Source: a virus. Taken from it: a stretch of DNA of 64,000 nucleotides. Below, piece by piece: positions 31,504 through 39,643 of this stretch. The stretch lies in the IMG/VR virus record IMGVR_UViG_3300037316_000027, positions 32,001-96,000 of that record; one strand, 5' to 3'. A model generated the notes under the pieces. It saw only the letters and a list, made by a program, of their open reading frames with translations, was not told the DNA's origin and ran no database searches. Within the stretch, counting starts at the first letter, position 1, and each line of letters opens with the position of its first letter. The translations under genes and the position numbers were made by a program.

Positions 31504-31690
31504 TTGGGGGACCATTTGCTCCGGGCGCAGCTCCGCTCCCCGGCGAGCCCGGAAGAACTTGAGCTGGTTCCGGAAAGCTCGGCGGATCACTCTTGGGATG
31601 GCCATTTGCCAACACATCAGCGGCTTCATCATCGGTCACGCTCCGGTTGGGTTTGTCCCACTGGATATTGCTTTTAGATGCTCGCAGCAT
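31460..31690 (-). CDS. Small protein with PKS-box motif
   Basis: AADVLANGHPKSDPP resembles the motif shared by genes at 33.2-35.2 kb. Confidence 0.55.
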   Translation of the reverse strand: MLRASKSNIQWDKPNRSVTDDEAADVLANGHPKSDPPSFPEPAQVLPGSPGSGAAPGANGPPTTGGSGPGGPLGST

Positions 31691-31691
31691 G

Positions 31692-32150
31692 TTACTTCCC
31701 CTTGAGTTTCATATAGACGACATCGGGTCCGCCCGCTGTCCAATTCTTTTCGCGATGATCTTCAACGAACCCGTGCTTCGCGTAAATCTGCGGAAGCCCG
31801 ACATCGAACGCGTCGAGGGTTTTCCCGCCGGCCGCTTTCGCCGCTTCGATAGCCGCGCCGCCTGCGCCCTTTTCGCCTGAATTGTTGAACACGCTCTGCA
31901 CGTCACCTTCGGGAGAGACGGCGGAGCCGACCTTGCCGTCGTTGCGAAGGATCAGCGTGTGATGGTCGAGTTCGCTCGGGTCGGCGTGAGGCGTGAACAT
32001 GCCGACGCGCGAAGACTGATTGCGCGCAGCCAAGAACTCAGCAGGGGCGGCGCGGCGAAAGCCATTGGGCAGGCCGATGTTGTTGATGCCCGTCGCGTGC
32101 GCGGGGCCGCCGCGCGGGTTCGATCCGTGTCCGCCTGCATCCTTGGGCAT
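31692..32150 (-). CDS. GNAT-fold acetyltransferase-like protein with KDAGGHGS tag
   Basis: SVFNNSGEKGAGGAAIEAAK..GG.TLDAFD..LP..YAKHGF matches GNAT motifs A/B. Confidence 0.7.
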   Translation of the reverse strand: MPKDAGGHGSNPRGGPAHATGINNIGLPNGFRRAAPAEFLAARNQSSRVGMFTPHADPSELDHHTLILRNDGKVGSAVSPEGDVQSVFNNSGEKGAGGAAIEAAKAAGGKTLDAFDVGLPQIYAKHGFVEDHREKNWTAGGPDVVYMKLKGK

Positions 32151-32521
32151 TACGAGTTACTCCATTTGGCATCGCATGCGCACTGGGGCCAGAGATGCCA
32201 TGCACGCGGTACGGTGTGCCCGACATGGTGATGGCGTAGGCGTGCGTGCGGGACCGGAACGTAAGAGGGCATCACCGCCTGCGGATACGCGAACGCGGCG
32301 ACCTTGGTCTCGGGGAACGGCGCGGGCTTTCGTTCGATGACCCTATCGACGAACGTTTCGACTTTCGTTTCGACGGTCTTCACGATCACCTTCGGTCGAA
32401 AGACCAACCGCTCAACGGTCTTCGTCTGAGCTGGCGCGGCGACAGGCTTATCCTGCTCATGGAAAAAGACGAGGGTCACGACGGCAGCTAGCACAATGAT
32501 CGATGGGATGGTGATGTTCAT
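32150..32521 (-). CDS. Membrane-anchored hypothetical protein
   Basis: N-terminal hydrophobic helix; coupled overlaps. Confidence 0.5.
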   Translation of the reverse strand: MNITIPSIIVLAAVVTLVFFHEQDKPVAAPAQTKTVERLVFRPKVIVKTVETKVETFVDRVIERKPAPFPETKVAAFAYPQAVMPSYVPVPHARLRHHHVGHTVPRAWHLWPQCACDAKWSNS

Positions 32522-32981
32522 CCGAGTGGCCTTTCTGATGGCAGCACAATTCGCTTCTGCGCCCGCGTGCGTCGATCGGCCGATGCCATGTTGCGGATGG
32601 CTGCGTTCGGTGCCGAGATGTTCGACGGAGCGCCAAGCTTCGGGATCACGTCCATCCGCGAGGCGTTAATGCTTTTTGGTTGTTCGATCTGATCTGTCAT
32701 TTTGCTCTCCGCATAGCGTCGATTTGGGCAACAGTTTCTCTGACTGCATGCATCTCGCCATCGACGCGAAGAACCGCTTTCGTGCCCGGAGTGTTCGCAC
32801 GGTCCTCGTCGAAGGTTTCAGCGCGGGTGTTTTCATTCTTTCATTATCGACTTCGGCTTATCCACGACAAACTCGTCAAGGGCCTTATCGAGCGCGGAGC
32901 CGATCGGCAGAAGCGCGTGCGGGCACTCTTGGAGCCTTTCCTTGTCGTCATACCGGCGTTTGCATTTCGGGCAAGTGATGA

Positions 32982-33212
32982 TCATGATCCGTATCCTCGG
33001 TCCCATTCCTGTGCGAGTTGCCCCGCGTTAGGGGCGAGCTTATCCGCGTGCGGGTTGTCCGCCGGTCGTCCAAGGCGCTTGGCCTCTCGACCCTTGTGGA
33101 ACGCGATCTCCAGCGGCGACATCGTAGGCGTCGGCGTGAAGTCCGCATGCGGGACGGCGATCGTCACTCCGACCGAATGCGTAGGTTTCGAAACTCGTTG
33201 CATCGGTGCCAT
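32982..33212 (-). CDS. Small protein, Rmf/CrpP-like motif
   Basis: AF..GR.A...G....NP......W.RGY pattern. Confidence 0.4.
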   Translation of the reverse strand: MAPMQRVSKPTHSVGVTIAVPHADFTPTPTMSPLEIAFHKGREAKRLGRPADNPHADKLAPNAGQLAQEWDRGYGS

Positions 33213-33496
33213 TAGCTTGCTGCCTGATATCCGCGCTGTTTCGCCATCGTCTGAATGTTGTCGGCCAGAACCGGCGTGGTATCGTAGCCGCCCACGCTGT
33301 CGTGCACTGGGACCGGGTCCGACTTCGGCCCGCTGTAGAGTTCGCTGGCCGCGTCAGTGTTCTGCGTTGACGTGGCGAAACCGCGCACGCCCGGAATAGA
33401 CCCCGAGGTCCCTCGGACCCCGGGAGCAGTCACGAAGCCGCGTGCGCCCTCGTCCGCGAGATCATTCGTCCCCGATGTGCCACGTTCGTTTTTCAT
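33212..33496 (-). CDS. Small protein with PKS-box
   Basis: AASELYSGPKSDPVPVHDS; internal PGVRG duplication. Confidence 0.65.
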   Translation of the reverse strand: MKNERGTSGTNDLADEGARGFVTAPGVRGTSGSIPGVRGFATSTQNTDAASELYSGPKSDPVPVHDSVGGYDTTPVLADNIQTMAKQRGYQAAS

Positions 33497-33996
33497 CGCC
33501 CACTCAGAAGTCGGTGGATCATCTTCGCTTCGCGCCCGCCGATGCGTCGTCCGCTACGGTTCGAGCTGTTGATCGCGTTCTGCACCGCGCCCGCGTGATA
33601 GTTGGGGTTCGATCGCGACCAGCCATTCTTCGCATTGTAACTCGCCTGATCGGTTGCGCTCCAGTGAGAAGGGGCCGGACCCGCGCCCGGGTATGTATCC
33701 TGTACCATGCTGTCGTGCACCGGGACTGTGTCCGACTTCGGCGTACCACTGTGAAGCTGATCAGCGGGCGCATCCGACTTGCCGCCCCGGGCGCGATAGC
33801 CCATGACGGTTGCCGCGTCCGCGACTTGATCAGCGTATTTGCTGATGCCTCTCTGATCGCCCATCTCCTGCGCGTTGCGCCCGGCCTCGGCGGCGTCCTT
33901 CGCGATGAAGCGAAGCTCGTCGTTGGTCTTCGTGTGCATCGGCGAGCCCGAGATCGGCTTCGCATTGCTTCCGTGGCCTTTTGCGTCTTTTGCCAT
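33493..33996 (-). CDS. KDAKGHGS-tagged protein with PKS-box
   Basis: MAKDAKGHGSN; LHSGTPKSDTVPVHDSM. Confidence 0.75.
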   Translation of the reverse strand: MAKDAKGHGSNAKPISGSPMHTKTNDELRFIAKDAAEAGRNAQEMGDQRGISKYADQVADAATVMGYRARGGKSDAPADQLHSGTPKSDTVPVHDSMVQDTYPGAGPAPSHWSATDQASYNAKNGWSRSNPNYHAGAVQNAINSSNRSGRRIGGREAKMIHRLLSGR

Positions 33997-34000
33997 CTGT

Positions 34001-34270
34001 TTACTCTTCCGTGTTGGGTCGAGACGGGTTCATGCTCTTGAGCATGTTATAAATCCCGCTCTTGATGCCGGCGGCATCGGTCATTCCGGCGTGAACCGGC
34101 ACTGAGTTCGACTTCGGACCGCCGCTCGAAAGTGTGCTCGCCGCTGCTTGATCAGATGCCCCATAGAACTTGGCACGATCAGCTACGGATAGAAATTGCC
34201 GAGCGCGAGCGTATGGTATCTTCAGCGCGCCGCCGTTACCGTTACTGCCGTGTCCTTTGGCGTCTTTCAT
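34001..34270 (-). CDS. KDAKGHGS-tagged protein with PKS-box
   Basis: MKDAKGHGSN; AASTLSSGGPKSNSVPVHAGM. Confidence 0.75.
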   Translation of the reverse strand: MKDAKGHGSNGNGGALKIPYARARQFLSVADRAKFYGASDQAAASTLSSGGPKSNSVPVHAGMTDAAGIKSGIYNMLKSMNPSRPNTEE

Positions 34271-34341
34271 TTTAGAAAAATCCTCTCAAGAGCGCACAGA
34301 CCGCGCCGCTGATGATGATGATGGCGAAAACGTCGGCCACC

Positions 34342-34758
34342 TTAGTAGCTCACGCGGGCGAGAGACGCTGCTCGTCGGGCAGTGTGATCGGGCTGAGCGC
34401 CTACGTCACCACTCCAGCCGTGTTTGGCCTGATATGCGTCGGACAGGTTTTTGCCATAGTCTCCCTTGGTCGAGACGCCGTTGCTATCGCGGTCACCCCA
34501 ATCCTGTCCGTGACCGCCCGCCATGCTGTCGTGCACCGGCACCGGGTCCGATTTCGGGCCGCCGCTTGAGAGCGTGCTCGCCGCTTCTCGATCGCCGCCC
34601 GGAGTGTTGCTCCATGCATCCTGTCCGGCGATCGGCGTACCTTGACTGACAACTCGGCTGAGCACGCCCAGCGGATGGTTTGGATTGGTGCGCGCCGCCG
34701 CGAGCCGCGCCATCGCGCCGCTGCGCCCGTTGCTACCGTGGCCTTGTGCGTCTTTCAT
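34342..34758 (-). CDS. KDAQGHGS-tagged protein with PKS-box
   Basis: MKDAQGHGSN; AASTLSSGGPKSDPVPVHDSM. Confidence 0.75.
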   Translation of the reverse strand: MKDAQGHGSNGRSGAMARLAAARTNPNHPLGVLSRVVSQGTPIAGQDAWSNTPGGDREAASTLSSGGPKSDPVPVHDSMAGGHGQDWGDRDSNGVSTKGDYGKNLSDAYQAKHGWSGDVGAQPDHTARRAASLARVSY

Positions 34759-34931
34759 GTGCCTGCTCCAAGTGCTGACCCGATGCCGTAGCCCAGAGTT
34801 GAGCCGACTTCGAGTTTGTTCTGCCCGGTGCCGACCATCGCGGGATGGATCGGTGCCTCGTGAGACTTTCCGCCACCGAGCGCGACCGCGACCTTCACGT
34901 CCTGATCGGTCACTGCCGGCGCTCGTTTCAT
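34755..34931 (-). CDS. Small protein with PKS-box variant
   Basis: ATGA-coupled; AVALGGGKSHEAPIHPAM. Confidence 0.55.
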   Translation of the reverse strand: MKRAPAVTDQDVKVAVALGGGKSHEAPIHPAMVGTGQNKLEVGSTLGYGIGSALGAGT

Positions 34932-35248
34932 TTCTGTCCTCGCCACGCTGCCGAAGCCAGTCTCTCGCCTTGACTTTGTCCGCGCGTTACGACGCCGCTG
35001 ATCCGATCACCGAGACCTGTGGGCGCTCGCCCCGTGGTCGGGTTCGAAGCCCGACCGGCCATCGCATCGTGCACGGGGGCTTGCGTAGACTTCAGCGTGC
35101 TCATGAGCGACTGCGCTGCTTGCGCGTTCGAAGTCGTGTCGCGCAACAGCGTCGGGCGCGGGCCGCCGAACATCCGCGCGTCTTCTCCCATCCGTTGACG
35201 GAGAAAAGCACCAGTGCTGCCGCTACCGTGTCCAAGTGCATCTTTCAT
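34928..35248 (-). CDS. KDALGHGS-tagged protein with PKS-box variant
   Basis: MKDALGHGS; AAQSLMSTLKSTQAPVHDAM. Confidence 0.75.
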   Translation of the reverse strand: MKDALGHGSGSTGAFLRQRMGEDARMFGGPRPTLLRDTTSNAQAAQSLMSTLKSTQAPVHDAMAGRASNPTTGRAPTGLGDRISGVVTRGQSQGERLASAAWRGQK

Positions 35249-35256
35249 TAGACTGT

Positions 35257-35643
35257 TTATCCTTTGATCCGTCCGTTGGGGCCTTCGCTTCGTTCGCTGG
35301 GACGAAGGGTCTTATAGCGGAAAGATTTGTCGTTCCCCAAGCCGGGGTTCAAATCAGCCCCGCTAACTTTCGCGGCTCGGCGCTGCACGGCGGGATCGCC
35401 GTGATCAGATTTGAACCGATAATCGCCGCCGGTCGCAGCAGCGACGAAGAAGTCACGCCGAAAACCGGGGTTCGTGGTCGCGAGCTTGTCAGCCATTGCG
35501 TGGACTTCGTCCGGTTTCGCGCCTCTCGCCTTCAAGTCGGAGGCGATTGCTTCGAAATGCCGACGCTGCAACTGCGGGGTTGCCTTCACGCCTTGCGAGT
35601 GGATGCCACTGCCGGCCGAACCGTGTCCAAGTGCGTCTTTCAT
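35257..35643 (-). CDS. KDALGHGS-tagged protein
   Basis: MKDALGHGSAGSGIHSQGV, then a RRHFEAIA...LATTNPGFRRDFF domain. Confidence 0.75.
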   Translation of the reverse strand: MKDALGHGSAGSGIHSQGVKATPQLQRRHFEAIASDLKARGAKPDEVHAMADKLATTNPGFRRDFFVAAATGGDYRFKSDHGDPAVQRRAAKVSGADLNPGLGNDKSFRYKTLRPSERSEGPNGRIKG

Positions 35644-35658
35644 GGGGGAGCCCCTTCC

Positions 35659-36063
35659 TCAGTAGTCTTCGCCGGACATGCCGACCTTGTGATACTTGAC
35701 TTGAACCCGATCGGGGCTCTTCGGGGCCACGCTGTAGCCCCGGCGATTGTCCTGTAGTTCGCGCGCTACGTCGCGCCAATTCTCGCGCTTGGCATACGCT
35801 TCATCGACCCGAGACTTTTCGCCAGCGCTCAGGCCTTCCGGCTTTTGACTGCCGGACCAAAGCCCGAGCAAGTCTTGAACGCCGCCCGTAAATCGCTCCG
35901 CTGGCATCGTCGCGTGATAGACCGCGTCCGACATGCCGCCAAACACTCCGCCGCCCTTCGCAGGGAGCGCGTTGACAGCGGCAGCATGTGTCGCTACCGG
36001 CGCAGCCGCCGGAGCAGCCGCACCGCCGCGATCTTCCGAACCGTGGCCGAGTGCGTCCTTCAT
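35659..36063 (-). CDS. KDALGHGS-tagged protein
   Basis: MKDALGHGSEDRGG; GAGG RBS. Confidence 0.75.
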   Translation of the reverse strand: MKDALGHGSEDRGGAAAPAAAPVATHAAAVNALPAKGGGVFGGMSDAVYHATMPAERFTGGVQDLLGLWSGSQKPEGLSAGEKSRVDEAYAKRENWRDVARELQDNRRGYSVAPKSPDRVQVKYHKVGMSGEDY

Positions 36064-36070
36064 GGCAGCC

Positions 36071-36310
36071 TCACGCGTTGTGGTATTTGCAGTCGTGCTT
36101 GCCCAAGACCGCGTCGGCCTTGTGCTTGATCTTCGATGCCTGCACAGGAGAGAGCTTGCCCTTCGAGACCATCTCGCTTTCGCGCGCGAGCGCGTCGCGG
36201 GCGTGAGCCGGGTTCTCGACGGGATACTTGCCCGGCTTGCCGTTCTTGCCCGGGAGAGCGAATTTCGACGACGGGATTGCCTTGCGGGTCTTCGCAGTGA
36301 GTGCGGCCAT
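36071..36310 (-). CDS. DUF6582-like small basic protein
   Basis: LTAKTRKAIPSSKFALP...KYPV....HARDALAR; GGAGG RBS; first gene after late promoter copy 5. Confidence 0.65.
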   Translation of the reverse strand: MAALTAKTRKAIPSSKFALPGKNGKPGKYPVENPAHARDALARESEMVSKGKLSPVQASKIKHKADAVLGKHDCKYHNA

Positions 36311-36342
36311 GACGGTGCCTCCGGTAGCGGGATTGGGCGTTG

Positions 36343-36382
36343 AACTTAGCGCGCAATGGTTCCCGAGGCAACTGGGAACTAC
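36343..36382 (-). promoter_or_regulatory. Late promoter copy 5 (GTAGTTCCCAG-TTGCCT-N17-TAAGTT)
   Basis: Matches the consensus; heads the tagged-gene cluster. Confidence 0.7.
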
Positions 36383-38093
36383 ATCAGGTCCTCAACGCTG
36401 TCGCGAATGCTCGCGGCCTCACGATCTGTGATACCAGCAAGGTGCTCGTCGGGCGTCGCCGACTTCGTCTCGACCTTGTCCGCTACAAGATCAATCACAG
36501 CCCGGGGCTTCTTCAGCTTCGCCGCCGTGGTGAGGGCGAGCATGACTGCCTTGACCGGGTCCGCATCCTCGGCAAAGCTCACGCCGAAATGACTGCACAT
36601 CGCGAACGTCGCACGCCATGTCTTGCCGCCCTGCGACGGCACAAGCGAGATATGACTGATCTCGCCTCGTTTGGCTAGATCGCGGATGGTGTCCTCAAGC
36701 GTCGGCATCGTCATTGGTCGCTCCGGGTATGCCCTGAATTGGGCGAGTAGTCTTCGGCTCTGCCGGCAGCGGTCGTGCGGCACGGGATTTCTCCCACGCG
36801 GCTTTCCGTTCGTCCTGCGGTATCTGCAAAAACTTCGGGATGTCTTCAAGCGCCATAGCCATCTCGCTCCGGATCGTAATTTTGCCAGCCGTCCGCATAC
36901 GCCTCGCCGACCAGTCTGTCAAATGCCTCGTCGGCGGCGAACGTGGAGTGCACCGTCTCGGATTTCTCCGGCCATGTCTTCGGCGTGTCGCCCTCGTGCG
37001 GAGGGTCTAACACTCCCGGCAGAAACGACGCGGCCTTGAAGAACGTGCCGTAGTGCTGGATGCGAACGTCGCCCAGCTCGGTGTCGCGCCCGGTGCCACG
37101 CTTTAGCATGAGCATGCGGACAGCGTCGCCGGAATACTTCGGTTCGGTCCAGAGGCTCACGTTCACTCGCCTTCGCCGAACTCGCAGCCCGGATAACGGT
37201 AAGACAGATGGATGACGCCCTCGGCATCAGCATACCGGACCGGGTGACAGTGCTCGGTCCAGCGCGCGATGGCGGCATCGCGAGCGCGACGCTCGGCATC
37301 GCCAAGCGGCTCCGGGATGTTGATGATATGCGCACTAGCTCCCGGCGAAAACAAGAGCGGCGGAGCGAGCCGGATGGTGATGTCCTCGGCCTCAGCCGAC
37401 GAAGTAGACAGCGCCGCCACGAAGACGACGACTAGAACCGGGTGTTTCATTTGATCTCCCTAAATGAGCGTATGGCGTTCACGCTCTCCCAGTTGACTGT
37501 GTAGAGGCCCGCCCACGCCGCGAACTGCACGCGCTCACACGTACCGAAATACGTCAGCGTGAAACAGTTGCGTGGCATAGCCGACAACGCAGCGGCCTGC
37601 ACGAAGGCTGCGAAAACCAGCGCGGCGATCTTCATGCCACCCTCACTGCGTTGTTGTGAAGGTCCTGCCGGAGGTTCTGCGCTACGCGCTCGGCAACCGC
37701 CGGTCGCGCGTAGCGGCCGACTGTCTCCCAGATACGCCCGACCCGAACGCCGCTCGGCAGTTTGCCGGCGAGGGTCATGCACACTTGGACCTTGAATTTC
37801 GGCTTGCGGGTCATTTGCTGTTCCTTGCGGTTTCACTAGCCAGATCACTGGCGATGCGGTCACTAACGTAGCGCAGGAACGTTTTGCGGTCCAGTTCTAC
37901 GTCGTCAAGACTGACATACGACGCCAGTGATTTCACCAAATCTGACACGGTAAGTTCGTGCTTGCGCAAGTCCCTGTCGTGATCGGCGCGTTCGTCTGGT
38001 GTGGCGTTGCGGGTCATGTGTTGTTACCGTTCGTTGACATTCGTGGGTGTAGTCGTTCGCCGACATTCCGTCAATCCAAAACGTCGGCGGTGG

Positions 38094-38108
38094 TTAACGT
38101 CGGGTTAA
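38094..38108. promoter_or_regulatory. CtrA-type box TTAA-N7-TTAA
   Basis: TTAAcgtcgggTTAA; reads TTAA-N7-TTAAC on the minus strand, upstream of a TTGACG element. Confidence 0.55.
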
Positions 38109-39051
38109 AAGAACTCGATCCGGGTCTGATCGTGAAACTTCGGCTCATTGTCGGCAGTGAATTCGATCCCGAAGCTTTTGCCCGGATCGACCTTGTCCTT
38201 GCTCAGATAGCCGAAGCCCCGGTACTGGCGAGCGTCCATCAGAACGCTTTCGACGAAGCTCTGAATGTGCTTACGGCCGTCCGCGTAGTCGTTCTCACTT
38301 GTACGGAACACGGCGTTGGCTTTCGCCTTCAGGGCGGCGAGATGGATCGTTGTGCGCTTGGACATTTGATTTCAATCCTCGTCAATGGGTTCGTCGTGCC
38401 AGTAGTTCGGGTCGGTCAGCACGTCGGGGCGATACCCGGCGAGCTTTTGCTTTTCGCACTTGCTACAGGTGTAGCATAAGAAGATGTTGCGCGCGTCGTG
38501 CTGCGCCTCCGGGTATTCTCCGGAGCCGCAGGGACATTGCTGAAGTCTACGCGGCATGACACTCCCCACTCGCGATCAGGGTCGCTGCGGTCCGGCCGAA
38601 GAAGCCTTGCAGCTTCCAGCACAGGCCGGTGTTGATCAGGTGTTGCCACGCGGAGCGCAGCGCCTCAGCATCGTGGTCCTCGCCGTCGAAGCCTTCGCAG
38701 GCGGCGACCGCATCGTAGTCGGTCCAGACGCGTTGCTCTTCCAGCTTGACCCCGGCATCGTGCGCCATCTTCTTGGCGGCGGTCGGATATGGGGCGGGCT
38801 TCACGTCGCTCTTCAGTGTCGGTTTGCGTTTGGCAGTCATGGTAGCACCACTATGGTTTGGGATCGGCGCATGACGGCGATCCGGGTTGCCTCCTTGAGC
38901 GCGGAGGGATAGGTCTGATCGACTTTCGAGCTGACGAAGTGGTCGCGCTCTGTCACGCGGTCGGTTACCAGCTTGAAGGTCCAGTAGCCGCGACCGCGAG
39001 GCTTGCGCCCCATCACTCGCTCGTAAATTTCAGTGCTCACTTTCATGCAGT

Positions 39052-39196
39052 CAACATACACCCTCCCGGAGCGCATGCAAGCCAAACCACTCGGCATAGT
39101 TAACGCTTGGTTAACGCCTGCGGCACAGGGGTCTTTACGATCTGTTAACCACCCTGAGCGGCTTTGCTTGCAGGTTCTACGGGAGAGTGTATGTTG
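39052..39196. promoter_or_regulatory. Divergent mirror-image promoter pair with two CtrA-type boxes
   Basis: GCTTGCA-N7-CGGGAGRGTGTATGTTG on both strands (39052-39082 minus, 39166-39196 plus); TTAAcgcttggTTAAC at 39100 and TTTAcgatctgTTAAC at 39134. Confidence 0.7.
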
Positions 39197-39229
39197 TGGA
39201 TATCGAGAAACGAACAAGGACATCAGCAC

Positions 39230-39643
39230 ATGCTTTACGTTTCAACAGTACGCAGCTCGGTAGACGACAAACTCCTGAGCGCAGTTGCGACCAGCGAATA
39301 CCATCCCGATTTCGAAACCCGGAACGACTGGAAAACATTCGAAGAGGCGAAGGAAGTCGCCGCCGTTCTTGGTGCCGACTACGTCGCGACCGATGCCGGT
39401 CAATGGACTTCGCCCCGGTACGACGTGATCAAGCTGCCGAAAGTCGGCGACAAGATCAGCAAGGCATTCAACGGCGACAGCTATCCGAGCGGTACGATCA
39501 AGTCGATCAGCAAGTCGCTCCGGGTGATCATCACCGACGAAGGCGAAAAGTTCTACCGCATCCGGGAGACCGGGAGCTGGCGCAACAACGGCACGTGGTT
39601 CTTGACCCCGGGCCACGTCTACACTCAGAACCCCTCATTCTAA
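39230..39643 (+). CDS. Hypothetical protein
   Basis: AAGGA RBS; first gene of the plus-strand island; D.G....PRYDVI..PKVGD..S..FNGDSYP pattern. Confidence 0.65.
   Translation: MLYVSTVRSSVDDKLLSAVATSEYHPDFETRNDWKTFEEAKEVAAVLGADYVATDAGQWTSPRYDVIKLPKVGDKISKAFNGDSYPSGTIKSISKSLRVIITDEGEKFYRIRETGSWRNNGTWFLTPGHVYTQNPSF

Noticed and set aside
33493-36063. KDAxGHGS starts as a DNA repeat or integron-like cassette site
   Set aside because: Third positions and Ser codon families vary, and there is no conserved flanking palindrome or integrase; conservation is at peptide level.
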